A DNA stretch of 64,000 bases from Candidatus Levyibacteriota bacterium (GTDB taxonomy: Bacteria; Patescibacteriota; Microgenomatia; Levybacterales; UBA12049). The first letter of the stretch is position 1; each line of letters opens with the position of its first letter. The notes under the pieces are model-generated. The model was not told where the DNA came from, ran no database searches, and was given only the letters and a program-made list of their open reading frames with translations. The translations under genes and the position numbers were made by a program. Location of the stretch: positions 12,274 through 76,273 of the forward strand of contig PJMG01000021.1 of the NCBI GenBank assembly GCA_003173895.1, in the 5' to 3' direction. Shown here piece by piece: positions 47,404-57,806 of this stretch.

Positions 47404-50400
47404 ATGAAAAGATTTTTAAATTTTTTAGATGAGAATTTATTAAAATGGGGAGTATTTTTAACGGTACTTTTTATACCACTTTATCCTAAGCTCCCAAGTG
47501 TACACATAAATCATGTTTGGGTTTATATTAGATTGGAAGATTTTTTGATATTGGCTTTAAGCCTTATTTGGTTGGTACAGATATTAAGAAAGAAAATTAA
47601 ATTTTATTGGCCTTTAGCCATTCCTATTATTCTATACTGGATTTGTGGATTTTTTTCATTTCTAAACTCACTCTATTTAGCTCCAAGTATTCCTAATTTT
47701 TTCGCATCAATTGCCTTTTTATCTTATGGTCGCCATCTAGAATACATGATTCTTTTCCCAATAGGTTTTTCTATAGTAAAAACTAAAGAGGATATCAAAC
47801 AATTTTTTATATTTTTATCAATCTCTACGATCGGGATCATTTTATATGGTTTAGGCCAAAGATATTATCTTTACTTATGGAGCGCGTTTCCTAAATTTTT
47901 TGAGACATATTCTTTCTGTTTTCCATCATTTCAAACGGGAAATGAAGAATTTGCTAAAGGTGTAGCATTATGTTTACCCTCTGATGCGAGAATTACCTCT
48001 ACATTTGGTGGACATTATGATTTAGCTGCATTTATGGTGATGATTGCACCAATTTTTGGCTCACTTGCTATTTTAGCTAAAAAGTTTTATCAAAAAATAA
48101 TTTATTTTTTGATTTTCACAGGATCTTTAATGTTATTAATATTTACAGCATCTCGTATATCATATGTAGCATATCTAATAGGTTTTGCTTTTACTTTTAT
48201 TTTCCTAAAAAAGAAAAAATGGATTATACCTTTTACCATTTTTAGCATAATTTTACTCTTAATATTTAGTAGTTCTACAGCAAAAAGATTTTTAGAAACT
48301 ATTAGGTTTACGAATATAGTAACTAATAATCAGGGACAAGTAGTCGGAGTTACAGCTAGTTCATTACCATCTAATTTACAAAATAAAATTTCTAAAAATG
48401 CAGATGTTATAGAAGCTAATACGCCATCTCAGAGTTTACCTACAGGTTCTGGTTTTATAACATTACCTACAGGTGGACAAAAAACTAATGTAGCAGTAGT
48501 TCAATCATCTTTAACGGCTGCTCAGCAAAAACAATTAAAACTGACTAATGGGGGAGTTCAAATCTCTACTGTTTCCGGTAGTTTCTTAATTCAAAAAGCT
48601 TTAGTTTACGATATTTCCTTTACTACACGCTTTCAAGGAGAGTGGCCAACTGCATGGAAAGCTTTCATGAGAAATCCAATAATAGGTCAGGGATTTTCTA
48701 CTATTACACTTGCAACTGATGGAGAGTACTTTAGAATTTTAGGAGAATCAGGCACTTTAGGTTTAATATCTCTATTCCTAGTGTTCTCTTTTATAGGCGG
48801 TTTGTTTACTGATAAAGAAAAATATTTAAAAAATAATTTAAATAGAGTATTAGTGTTTGGCTTAGCAGGAGGAGTGATCGGTGTTTTATTAAATGGAACT
48901 TTCATCGATGTCCTAGAAGCATCTAAAGTAGCTGAGACAATGTGGCTATTTTTAGGAATAGCTGCTGGTGCCTCTATGCTAGAAAATAAAGAAAAAGTAG
49001 ATTTTAAAAAATATTTAACTAAAATATTCTCCAGTAATATTCTAATATTTATATATATTTTAGTTATAGCAGGCATTGTATTTATGCCTCATGTTTCTAA
49101 TTTTTTCTCAGCCGATGATTTTACTTGGCTAAAATGGGCAGCTTCAACTACATCCACTAAAGATATACTCAGATATTTTATAGATTCTCAAGGATTTTTC
49201 TATAGACCTATAGATAAAACTCTAATGTATGCTATGTATGCAGTTCTATCTTTCCAACCAGAGGGTTATAGAGTAGTAATTTATTTCTTTAATTTCTTTT
49301 GTGCATTCGGACTTTATTTAATAACTTGGAAAATTACTGGTAAAAAATTAATCTCATTTATTAGTAGTTTAATTTTTTTACTAAATCCTTCTCATGGAGA
49401 GGATATTTACTGGATTTCTAGTATTTCAACGACACTTTCGTCTGTTTTTATAATTTTTGGCCTTAATTATTGGATTAATTTTAGGAATAAAAATAACTAT
49501 TTATATTACTTAATAGCATTTATCTTTTTCGCTTTATCTCTTTTAAGTTATGAAATGTCAGTTATATTTATTTTATTAGTTTTTTCTTATGATTTAATCT
49601 TTGTAAAAATTAAGAGTAAAACTCAAGAGATTTTAAATTACTTACCCATATTCTTACTAATCCCTGCTTACCTAGTTGTTCGTTATATAGCTCATACTGT
49701 GGCAGTTGGCGGTGATTATTCATACAATTTTAGTCACTTTATTCCCAATTTCATAGGTAATGCATTTGGATATTTAATGCTTGGTTTATTTGGTGAATCT
49801 ACATTGCCATTTTATAACAATTTAAGACTTTCTCTAAAAAGTGAAATTTTACCCATAAGTTTAGGATTGATTGTTATATTTATAATTATTACTACAATGA
49901 TCTTTATATTTAGAAATAGAATTAAACTTAAAAATAATCTATTTATTTTTTCCATTTTATTTTTTGTCATTTCCCTTTTACCATTCCTGGGTTTAGGTAA
50001 TATAGCACCTCGTTATGATTTCTTAGCTAGTGTGGGTATTAGTTTGTTTTTAGCTTTTATATTTATAAATATCGAAAAAATCATGACTAAAATTGGAGCT
50101 ATGAAAATTAATGTTTTTATAACACTTTTGGGTGCATTATTGATTGTTATTTATGGTGAATTAGTAACTCTAGAAAATACTCAGTGGCAAAAAGCTGGGA
50201 CAGTAGTCGAAAATGCGCTCATTTATCTAAGGACAAATATTCCAAATCCTGCATCTAATAGTAATTTTTACTTTGTAAATAATCCTATTCGTTTTAATAA
50301 TGCTTGGGTTCTACCTTTAGGCTTAAGTGATGGAATGTGGTTTATTTATAGAGATGAAACTATTAAAACGGTAAACGTAGAGTCATTAGCTCAAGGAAAA

Positions 50401-50478
50401 TTCTTTGCAGCTAATAATAAAAATAGCTACCTTTTAGAATTTGATAAAAATTATAATTTAAAAAAAGTTAAAAAATAA
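47404..50478 (+). CDS. 1024-aa polytopic membrane protein: O-antigen-ligase/Wzy_C-like N-terminal half fused to a GT-C-like C-terminal membrane domain
   Basis: The N-terminal half has ~10 TM helices with a TASRISY motif after a TM (Wzy_C-like SR motif). A ~140-aa Ser/Thr/Gln-rich ectodomain follows. The C-terminal half has a further ~11 TM helices resembling PMT_2/ArnT proteins. Confidence 0.4.
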   Translation: MKRFLNFLDENLLKWGVFLTVLFIPLYPKLPSVHINHVWVYIRLEDFLILALSLIWLVQILRKKIKFYWPLAIPIILYWICGFFSFLNSLYLAPSIPNFFASIAFLSYGRHLEYMILFPIGFSIVKTKEDIKQFFIFLSISTIGIILYGLGQRYYLYLWSAFPKFFETYSFCFPSFQTGNEEFAKGVALCLPSDARITSTFGGHYDLAAFMVMIAPIFGSLAILAKKFYQKIIYFLIFTGSLMLLIFTASRISYVAYLIGFAFTFIFLKKKKWIIPFTIFSIILLLIFSSSTAKRFLETIRFTNIVTNNQGQVVGVTASSLPSNLQNKISKNADVIEANTPSQSLPTGSGFITLPTGGQKTNVAVVQSSLTAAQQKQLKLTNGGVQISTVSGSFLIQKALVYDISFTTRFQGEWPTAWKAFMRNPIIGQGFSTITLATDGEYFRILGESGTLGLISLFLVFSFIGGLFTDKEKYLKNNLNRVLVFGLAGGVIGVLLNGTFIDVLEASKVAETMWLFLGIAAGASMLENKEKVDFKKYLTKIFSSNILIFIYILVIAGIVFMPHVSNFFSADDFTWLKWAASTTSTKDILRYFIDSQGFFYRPIDKTLMYAMYAVLSFQPEGYRVVIYFFNFFCAFGLYLITWKITGKKLISFISSLIFLLNPSHGEDIYWISSISTTLSSVFIIFGLNYWINFRNKNNYLYYLIAFIFFALSLLSYEMSVIFILLVFSYDLIFVKIKSKTQEILNYLPIFLLIPAYLVVRYIAHTVAVGGDYSYNFSHFIPNFIGNAFGYLMLGLFGESTLPFYNNLRLSLKSEILPISLGLIVIFIIITTMIFIFRNRIKLKNNLFIFSILFFVISLLPFLGLGNIAPRYDFLASVGISLFLAFIFINIEKIMTKIGAMKINVFITLLGALLIVIYGELVTLENTQWQKAGTVVENALIYLRTNIPNPASNSNFYFVNNPIRFNNAWVLPLGLSDGMWFIYRDETIKTVNVESLAQGKFFAANNKNSYLLEFDKNYNLKKVKK

Positions 50479-51939
50479 TTGATGAAAAAAATAAATATTT
50501 TTCAAACTGCACTTTTGATTATTATTTTAATCTTATCTTTTGTAGTTCGTTTATACCGACTAAATAATCCTATAGCTGATTGGCATTCCTGGCGTCAAGC
50601 TGATACATCAGCTGTCTCTAGAAATTTTATAAAATATGGTTTTGATTTACGTCATCCCAGAATGAATAATATTTCGAATGTCCAGTCAGGACTAGATAAT
50701 CCCCAGGGATATTTTTTCGCAGAGTTTCCTATTTATAATGCTACTCAAGCGGGTTTATTTTTATTATTTGGTCATTTAACTATAGAAGAGTGGGGAAGAA
50801 TTGTTACCAATCTTTCATCAATACTAGCAATCTTATTTATATATTTAATAGCTAAAAAGCATTCTAATTTTACTGTGGCTATCTCTGCTGCAGCTGCTTA
50901 CGGATTTATTCCTTATAACATTTATTATGGAAGAGTTATTTTACCCGATCCTTCTATGACGATGGCAATACTTGGAGCTATATATTTCTTTGATTTGTAT
51001 TTAGATAGTCTAAAATTAAAAAATAAATTTAGGTCTGCAAGTTTGTTTATTATTATGTTAATATTTACCACCTTAGCATTTTTAATAAAACCTGTTGCAT
51101 TATTTTTTACACTTCCTTTTATTTATTTAGCTTGGAAGAAGTTTGGGTGGAAATTAATTTTAAGATGGGATCTATATTTGTTTTTAATTTTATCTGTGAT
51201 TCCCCTTATTTGGTGGAGATGGTGGGAGAGTCATTATCCAGAAGGGATTCCCGCGTTTTGGTGGCTTTTAAATGAAGGTAATATTCGCTTTACTGGTGCA
51301 TATTTCTGGTGGCTTTTCGCCCAAAGAATTAGTGCATTAATTCTAGGATTTTGGGGAATAGTTATGGTTGTAACAGGATTTTTATATACGAAAAGAAAAA
51401 ATTTTGGATTTTTCTTATCATTTGTAGTTTCTTCTTTATTGTATTTAATAGTAATAGCCCGGGGGAATGTTCAACATGATTATTATCAAATTCCCATTGT
51501 TCCAACTTTAGCTTTATTTTTCGGATTAGGTGTTGATACTGTTATTAATATAACTCGTGAATATTCATATAAAATTATTGGGTATTTAATAGTTGGAGTG
51601 TGTTCGATTTTTATGTTAGCTTTTGGCTGGTATCAAGTCAGAGATTATTTTAATATTAATAATCCGGCCATTGTGGCAGCAGGTCAAGCAGTTGATCGTT
51701 TGACTTCATCTAATGCATTAGTAATCGCTCCTTATAATGGGGATTCTTCGTTTCTTTATCAAACTAATAGACAGGGATGGGCTAGTTTTGAAACTTCTCT
51801 GGAGGGTTTGATAGCTAAAGGTGCTACAGATTATATAGTAGTTAATCCTAGTGCTTCTGATTTAGCACTTTCTAAAAAATATAAAGTTTTAGCTCAAACT
51901 AATGATTATATTTTATTTGATTTAAAAAATAAGCCTTAA
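50479..51939 (+). CDS. GT-C family glycosyltransferase (ArnT/PMT_2-like, COG1807-type)
   Basis: 486 aa and polytopic. The N-terminal loop HSWRQADTSAV...PRMNN lies between TM1 and TM2. Confidence 0.5.
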   Translation: MMKKINIFQTALLIIILILSFVVRLYRLNNPIADWHSWRQADTSAVSRNFIKYGFDLRHPRMNNISNVQSGLDNPQGYFFAEFPIYNATQAGLFLLFGHLTIEEWGRIVTNLSSILAILFIYLIAKKHSNFTVAISAAAAYGFIPYNIYYGRVILPDPSMTMAILGAIYFFDLYLDSLKLKNKFRSASLFIIMLIFTTLAFLIKPVALFFTLPFIYLAWKKFGWKLILRWDLYLFLILSVIPLIWWRWWESHYPEGIPAFWWLLNEGNIRFTGAYFWWLFAQRISALILGFWGIVMVVTGFLYTKRKNFGFFLSFVVSSLLYLIVIARGNVQHDYYQIPIVPTLALFFGLGVDTVINITREYSYKIIGYLIVGVCSIFMLAFGWYQVRDYFNINNPAIVAAGQAVDRLTSSNALVIAPYNGDSSFLYQTNRQGWASFETSLEGLIAKGATDYIVVNPSASDLALSKKYKVLAQTNDYILFDLKNKP

Positions 51940-51942
51940 AAG

Positions 51943-51986
51943 GGATGGGTTCTGCCGTAGGTTTCCTTCCCACCTACGTCACCCAT
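51943..51986 (+). terminator. GC-rich interrupted stem-loop (ATGGGT-tctgc-CGTAGGT / ACCTACG-tc-ACCCAT) followed by AAAATTTT; candidate terminator
   Basis: The complementary arms were read directly. Local GC is about double the genome background, and the element sits 4 nt after the stop of the 50479 gene. Confidence 0.35.
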
Positions 51987-51997
51987 AAAATTTTAAT

Positions 51998-53185
51998 ATG
52001 AAGATTTTAATGGTTTCATCATATTTACCATATCCACTCTATTCAGGAGGAGCGGTAAGATTGTTTAATTTAATAAAATATTTATCTAAAAAACATGAAA
52101 TTACTTTAGTTTGTGAAAGAAGAGATAAACAAACAGAAGAAGATATTAAAGAAGTTAAAAAATATTGTAAAGAAGTAATCGCTGTTTCTCGTCTACCACA
52201 ATGGAGTTTTTCCAATATTTTAAAAACTGGTTTTTCTACATTGCCATTTTTACTTATTGGGCATATTAATCCTGAGATGAAGGAAAATTTAATCAGACTC
52301 TTAAGAGAAAAAACTTTTAATTTAATTCATATTGAGACTTTTTATGTTTACCAAAATTTACCCAGAACATATTTGCCTGTAGTTTTAGTAGAGCATAATG
52401 TAGAGTATTTAGTTTATGCACGATATAAAAATACTGCATCTACATATTTAAAACCATTTTTAAATTTAGATATTTTAAAAATAAAAAAATGGGAGGAATT
52501 TTATTGGAAAAAGGCTAATAGTTTAGTTGCAGTTTCAGAAGAAGATAAAAAATTAATGAAAAAAGAGGCCTATGTAGTTCCTAATGGAGTTTCTTTATCT
52601 GATTTTCCTTTTAAGAAAAATACGACTGATAAAAAAAATAAAACTATTTTATTTATGGGAGATTTCAAATGGATACAAAACCAAAAAGCTGTGAAGTTTA
52701 TTCTAGAAGAAATTTGGCCTCATTTAGAGTCTAGAATTAAGAATAAAGAATTAAAAATTAAACTTTGGGTTGTTGGTAAAAATATAACTGAAGATATTAA
52801 AAATCTGAGTAATTCTAAAAATATAGTTTTTGATGAAAATGCACCTGATAAAACTTCTGAAATTTATAAAAAGGCAGATATTTTATTAGCACCTATAACT
52901 GTAGGTGGAGGAACTAGTTTTAAAATTCTAGAAAGTATGGCTAGCGGAGTACCAGTTGTTACTACCAACTTGGGTGTAAAAGGTATTGGAGCTAAAAATA
53001 ATATTCACGCACTAACATCTGAAAATGCTAGTGATTTAGCGGAAAATGTTTTTAAACTCTTAGAAGATAAAGTAGAGTATGAAAAAATTAGAAAAAACGC
53101 TAGAAAGTTAATAGAAGAAAATTTTTCTTGGGAAAAGATCTCTGAAAAATTAGAAAAAGTTTATAAAGAAACTTTAATAAGTTGA
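51998..53185 (+). CDS. GT4 family glycosyltransferase
   Basis: Carries MKILMVSSYLPYPLYSGGAVRLFNLIKYLSKKHEITLVCE and, in the C-terminal domain, GGGTSFKILESMASGVPVV. Confidence 0.8.
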   Translation: MKILMVSSYLPYPLYSGGAVRLFNLIKYLSKKHEITLVCERRDKQTEEDIKEVKKYCKEVIAVSRLPQWSFSNILKTGFSTLPFLLIGHINPEMKENLIRLLREKTFNLIHIETFYVYQNLPRTYLPVVLVEHNVEYLVYARYKNTASTYLKPFLNLDILKIKKWEEFYWKKANSLVAVSEEDKKLMKKEAYVVPNGVSLSDFPFKKNTTDKKNKTILFMGDFKWIQNQKAVKFILEEIWPHLESRIKNKELKIKLWVVGKNITEDIKNLSNSKNIVFDENAPDKTSEIYKKADILLAPITVGGGTSFKILESMASGVPVVTTNLGVKGIGAKNNIHALTSENASDLAENVFKLLEDKVEYEKIRKNARKLIEENFSWEKISEKLEKVYKETLIS

Positions 53186-53216
53186 CTAGATCTATAGTTA
53201 GATTTATTATTGATTT

Positions 53217-53744
53217 ATGAAGAATAAATCCTTACTTGTTAGACTATTTTTACCTCTTTTTGTGATGATATTTTGTTTTTTTGGCGCTATGCACCTGTTA
53301 ATTCAACAGAATTATCGCCAAAATGCTAATGACCCGCAGATTCAAATAGCCTATGATCTTCAAAATTCATTAGATAATGGATTTGATCCTAAAAATTTAA
53401 ATTATCCTAGGATAGATCTTTCTAAAAGTTTATCTACATTTATTATTATTTATGATAATAACTTAAAAGTCATTTACTCGTCTGCTATTTTGAATGGTAA
53501 TACACCAAATTTGCCTACAAGTGTTTTATATAGTGTAGATCAAAATAATGAAGATAGAATTACCTGGCAACCGGAATCAGGAGTCAGAATAGCCACAGAA
53601 ATAATTAAATATAAAAATGGTTATATTTTAGTCGGAAGATCATTAAAATTAATTGAGGAAAGAGAAAATCAGTTAACTTTAGATATTTTAGTTGGGTTTA
53701 TTGGTACTGCTATTTTAACTGGAGCATCACTTCTTTTAGTTTAA
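53217..53744 (+). CDS. hypothetical bitopic membrane protein (N- and C-terminal TM, extracytoplasmic middle)
   Basis: 175 aa with TM helices at both ends. No recognised motif. Confidence 0.4.
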   Translation: MKNKSLLVRLFLPLFVMIFCFFGAMHLLIQQNYRQNANDPQIQIAYDLQNSLDNGFDPKNLNYPRIDLSKSLSTFIIIYDNNLKVIYSSAILNGNTPNLPTSVLYSVDQNNEDRITWQPESGVRIATEIIKYKNGYILVGRSLKLIEERENQLTLDILVGFIGTAILTGASLLLV

Positions 53745-53795
53745 ATTTTTTAAAAAGGTTGTTTTAACTTCATTTCTAATTTATACTCAAAACAT

Positions 53796-54902
53796 ATGAA
53801 AACTATTGGCATTGACTGCCGCTTATGGAATGAAACAGGAGTAGGTCGCTATATACGAAACTTAATTTTAGAATTAGAAAAAATTGATAACAAAAATGAT
53901 TACAAATTATTTATTTTAAAAAAAGACTCTGAAGAAATAAAAAATTTAGTCCACAGTCCACATTTCACAGTAGTTATAGCCGATTTTAGATGGCACAGTT
54001 TAGCTGAGCAATTTATGTTTCCTATAATTTTATATAAAGAAAATTTAGATTTAATGCATTTTACTTATTTCTCTGTTCCACTTCTTTATTTTAAAAAATT
54101 TACAGTTACCATTCATGACATGATTACCTGGAAATATGCTACAGGTCGTGCATCTACATTACCCAGTTTTATTTATTGGCTAAAACAATTTACATATAGA
54201 ATTGTTATATTTATTTCTTCTAAACGGGCTCAATTCATAATAACTCCTTCCAATAGTGTGAAAGATGAAGTAAGTAAATTATTAAAAATAGGGAAAAATA
54301 AAATTAAAGTTATATATGAAGGTTTTGATACATTAATTAACTCGAAAGAAAAATTTAATAAAAGTGAAAAATATTTTTTATATGTTGGTAATGCATATCC
54401 ACATAAAAATTTAAATTTTTTAATCAATGCATTTGCTAGATTTAATATTGATAAAAACTTTAAATTATTATTAGTAGGAAATGATAATTATTTTTATTCA
54501 AAACTTAAAAAGTATGTTATAAATGAAAAAATTATTAATGTAGAATTTTTAGGATTTGTGGATGATAAAAAATTAGCTGAATTATATAAAAATTCATTAG
54601 CTTTAATTATTCCATCTCTTTCCGAAGGATTTGGTTTACCAGCTATTGAAGCTATGAGTTTAGGAACTCCTGTGATTTGTTCGAAAATAAAAGTTTTTGA
54701 AGATATTTGTAATGACGTTCCATTCTATTTTAATCCAAAAGACGAAATTAGTTTACTAAATGAACTTGAAAAATTTATTAAAACTCCAAAAAGTATTTTA
54801 GAAGAAAAAATAAAAAAAGGATTAACATTGACAAAAAAATTGTCATGGGAAAAAATGGCAAAGGAGACTTTAAAAATTTATGAAAATAGCATTAGTTTAT
54901 GA
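53796..54902 (+). CDS. GT4 family glycosyltransferase
   Basis: Has an N-terminal GT4 N-domain and C-terminal EGFGLPAIEAMSLGTPVICS. Confidence 0.8.
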   Translation: MKTIGIDCRLWNETGVGRYIRNLILELEKIDNKNDYKLFILKKDSEEIKNLVHSPHFTVVIADFRWHSLAEQFMFPIILYKENLDLMHFTYFSVPLLYFKKFTVTIHDMITWKYATGRASTLPSFIYWLKQFTYRIVIFISSKRAQFIITPSNSVKDEVSKLLKIGKNKIKVIYEGFDTLINSKEKFNKSEKYFLYVGNAYPHKNLNFLINAFARFNIDKNFKLLLVGNDNYFYSKLKKYVINEKIINVEFLGFVDDKKLAELYKNSLALIIPSLSEGFGLPAIEAMSLGTPVICSKIKVFEDICNDVPFYFNPKDEISLLNELEKFIKTPKSILEEKIKKGLTLTKKLSWEKMAKETLKIYENSISL

Positions 54903-55956
54903 TCGAGTTAATAAATGGGGAGGAGCAGAAAGAGTTTTACTAGCTCTACATAAAATTTTCCCCCATGCTCCATTATTTACTGCAGTTTATGACAAGGAAA
55001 ATGCTCCGTGGGCAAATGTTTTTAATGTTAAAACATCTTTCTTGCAAGACATTGCATTTTTAAGATCTCATCATGAGTTCATACCTTTTTTAATGCCAAT
55101 CGCTTTTGAAAATTTTAATTTTGATAACTATGATTTAGTAATTTCTGTGACTAGCGAATTTGCTAAAGGCATAATTACTAAACCTACTACTAAACACATT
55201 TGCATTTGTCTTACACCAACTCGTTATTTATGGAGTGGATATAATGAGTACTTTAAAAATGAAAGTTTACGGTTTTTATCTAAACCTCTTATTAAATATT
55301 TAAAATATTACGATAAAGTTATAGCGCAAAGACCTGATGTAATGATTGCCATCTCAAGTGAAGTTAAAAATAGAATTAAAAAATATTATGATCGTGATAG
55401 TGAAGTAATTTATCCACCGATAACATTGAATCCAGAATCAAAATTTAAAAATCAAGAGAAACAGGGAAATTATTTCTTGGTTGTTTCCAGACTATCTCGT
55501 TTCACTAATTATAAAAGGATTGATTTAGCTATTCATGCTTGTAATAGATTGAAATTACCATTAAAAATAGTTGGTAGTGGAGATATTAGCTATTTTAAAA
55601 ATATTTCTGGAGATACAATCGAATTTTTAGGTAAAGTTTCTGATATTGAATTGAGTCAACTTTATAAAAATGCTAAAGCATTAATTTTCCCTGGAAATGA
55701 AGATTTTGGTTTAGTTATGGCTGAAGCCCAAAGTTTTGGCACACCAGTAATTGCTTTTAGAGCTGGTGGTGGTAAAGAAATCATAAAAGAGGGAATTACT
55801 GGAGAATTTTTTGATAAACAAAATAGTAGTTCACTAATGGATGTACTTCAAAAATTTGACAAAAAACGCTATACTAAAAAAAACTGTATTGAAAATGCTA
55901 AAAAATTTTCCTTTGAAAATTTTGAAAGAAGCATAAAAAATATAATTAACAACTAG
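54880..55956 (+). CDS. GT4 family glycosyltransferase
   Basis: Carries FPGNEDFGLVMAEAQSFGTPVIAFRAGGGKEII. 358 aa. Confidence 0.78.
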   Translation: MKIALVYDRVNKWGGAERVLLALHKIFPHAPLFTAVYDKENAPWANVFNVKTSFLQDIAFLRSHHEFIPFLMPIAFENFNFDNYDLVISVTSEFAKGIITKPTTKHICICLTPTRYLWSGYNEYFKNESLRFLSKPLIKYLKYYDKVIAQRPDVMIAISSEVKNRIKKYYDRDSEVIYPPITLNPESKFKNQEKQGNYFLVVSRLSRFTNYKRIDLAIHACNRLKLPLKIVGSGDISYFKNISGDTIEFLGKVSDIELSQLYKNAKALIFPGNEDFGLVMAEAQSFGTPVIAFRAGGGKEIIKEGITGEFFDKQNSSSLMDVLQKFDKKRYTKKNCIENAKKFSFENFERSIKNIINN

Positions 55957-55983
55957 AGTTTGTCATTTCTAACTCTGTGAGAA

Positions 55984-56020
55984 ATCCTAAAAGGATCCTC
56001 ACGGCCTTCGGCCTTAGGAT
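55984..56020 (+). terminator. GC-rich nested stem-loop (ATCCTAA ... GGCC-ttc-GGCC-TTAGGAT) between GT4 and manC-like genes; candidate terminator/attenuator
   Basis: Complementary 7-bp outer arms and a GGCC/GGCC inner stem were read directly. There is no clear U-tract. Confidence 0.3.
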
Positions 56021-56037
56021 GACGATTGTATATAATT

Positions 56038-57123
56038 ATGAAAATTGTTTTATTTGCAGGTGGAGTAGGTAGTAGACTTTGGCCGCTATCACGTAAAAAT
56101 TCTCCAAAACAATTTGGAAAAATTATTGGAGATCAAACCATGCTCCAAATAACTGTATCTAAATTAATGCCAGATTTTGACTGGAATGATATTTATATTT
56201 CCACAGGTAAAGATTATGGTAAAAATGTTAAAGAACAACTTTCAGAATTGCCGGAAGAAAATATTTTAGTTGAGCCTGAAATGCGTGATGTGGGGCCAGC
56301 AGTAGGTTTAGTTACTTCAATTTTTATGCATAAAAATCCAGATGAGCCTATAGCTCTTTTATGGGGTAGTGACCATTTAGTCAGAGAAGAAGCCTTGTTT
56401 AGAAAAATTTTAAAGACTGCTGAGAAATTAATTGATGAAGATAAAAATAGAATTATATTTGTAGGTCAAAAACCCCGTTTTGCTAATCAAAATGTAGGTT
56501 ATATAGAATTTGGACGTGAGATTGAAAAAAAAGGCGGTACTCCAGTTTTTGAATTTAAAAGTTTTCAATATCGTCCTCATCTTTCAACTGCTGAAAAATG
56601 GGCTAAAGATGGTAAGCATTCATGGAATTTAGGATATTTCGTAACTACTCCTCGCTTTTTATGGAATTTATTTAAAAAATATTCTCCTGAAATTTTTCAA
56701 AAATTAAATAAAATTTATGATGCTTACGAAACTACTAATTATGAAAAAGTTTTAAAGGAAACTTATTCTACTATTGAAAAAATTACTTTTGATAATGCTG
56801 TTTTAGAAAAAATGGATCCAAAATATGCATGTGTAATATCAGCTAATTTAGGCTGGAGTGATATCGGCGCTTGGGAAGCGTTAAAAGAGGCATTATCTAC
56901 TAGTGAAGAAGAGAATGCGGTTCGTGGTAATGTATTAATTGAGGGGACTCAAGATACATTGGTTTTTAATTTTACTAAGCAACTTGTTGTAGGGATCGAT
57001 TTAAATGATTTAATCGTAGTTAACACAAATGATGTCGTTTTAATTTGTCCGAAAGATTCAGTGCCAAAAATTAAAAAATTAGTAGCGAATATGGAAACTT
57101 CAGCTTATAAAGATTTAGTGTAA
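56038..57123 (+). CDS. manC: mannose-1-phosphate guanylyltransferase-like NDP-sugar pyrophosphorylase (no cupin/PMI domain)
   Basis: MKIVLFAGGVGSRLWPLSRKNSPKQF...ILVEPEMRDVGPAVGL is a ManC/CpsB-type N-terminus. The ATG at 56038 is preferred over the TTG at 56026. Confidence 0.72.
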   Translation: MKIVLFAGGVGSRLWPLSRKNSPKQFGKIIGDQTMLQITVSKLMPDFDWNDIYISTGKDYGKNVKEQLSELPEENILVEPEMRDVGPAVGLVTSIFMHKNPDEPIALLWGSDHLVREEALFRKILKTAEKLIDEDKNRIIFVGQKPRFANQNVGYIEFGREIEKKGGTPVFEFKSFQYRPHLSTAEKWAKDGKHSWNLGYFVTTPRFLWNLFKKYSPEIFQKLNKIYDAYETTNYEKVLKETYSTIEKITFDNAVLEKMDPKYACVISANLGWSDIGAWEALKEALSTSEEENAVRGNVLIEGTQDTLVFNFTKQLVVGIDLNDLIVVNTNDVVLICPKDSVPKIKKLVANMETSAYKDLV

Positions 57124-57124
57124 T

Positions 57125-57793
57125 ATGCTTTACTCAACTTATGACTTAAGTTCTTTTTACACATTTGGTAAAAGAACTTTAGATTTACTTTCATGTTCTA
57201 TATTGCTTTTAATTTTTTCTCCAATAATTTTAATGGTAGCCATCGCTATAAAATTAGACTCGAAAGGTCCGGTTTTTGCAGATACTCCTAAACGAGTTGG
57301 TAAAAAGGGTAAACAATTTTATTTATATAAATTTAGAACTATGATTAATAATGCTTATTTTTTATTAAAAACTGATCCTAAATTTAGGAAAGAATATGAA
57401 GAACAACAAGAAGGTGGAAATTATAAAATAAAAAATGATCCCAGAATAACTAGAGTTGGTAAATTCTTAAGAAAACATTCTATAGATGAGGTTCCTCAGC
57501 TTATAAATGTTTTAAGAGGAGAAATGAGTTTAGTTGGTCCTAGACCTTATTATCCAGAAGAATTAGAAAGACAGCAAAAAAATTATCCTGAGACTAAAAA
57601 ATATGTGGAAGAAGTGTTATCAGTAAAACCTGGTGTCACAGGATTTTGGCAAGTTTCAGGAAGAAGTGAATTAAATTTTGATCAGCGTATAAAAATGGAT
57701 GCTTCATATGCTGAAAGAAAATCTCTAATTTATGATATTTATATAATTTTTAAAACGCCCAGTGCTATGATTTCTGGTAAAGGCGCACTTTAA
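57125..57793 (+). CDS. polyprenyl-phosphate hexose-1-phosphate transferase (Bac_transf; initiating phosphoglycosyltransferase, PglC/WbaP C-domain type)
   Basis: Carries KRTLDLLSCSILLLIFSPIIL...GPVFADTPKRVGKKGKQFYLYKFRTM...DEVPQLINVLRGEMSLVGPRP...GVTGFWQVSGRS. Confidence 0.85.
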   Translation: MLYSTYDLSSFYTFGKRTLDLLSCSILLLIFSPIILMVAIAIKLDSKGPVFADTPKRVGKKGKQFYLYKFRTMINNAYFLLKTDPKFRKEYEEQQEGGNYKIKNDPRITRVGKFLRKHSIDEVPQLINVLRGEMSLVGPRPYYPEELERQQKNYPETKKYVEEVLSVKPGVTGFWQVSGRSELNFDQRIKMDASYAERKSLIYDIYIIFKTPSAMISGKGAL

Positions 57794-57806
57794 GCTTCCT
57801 TACTCA

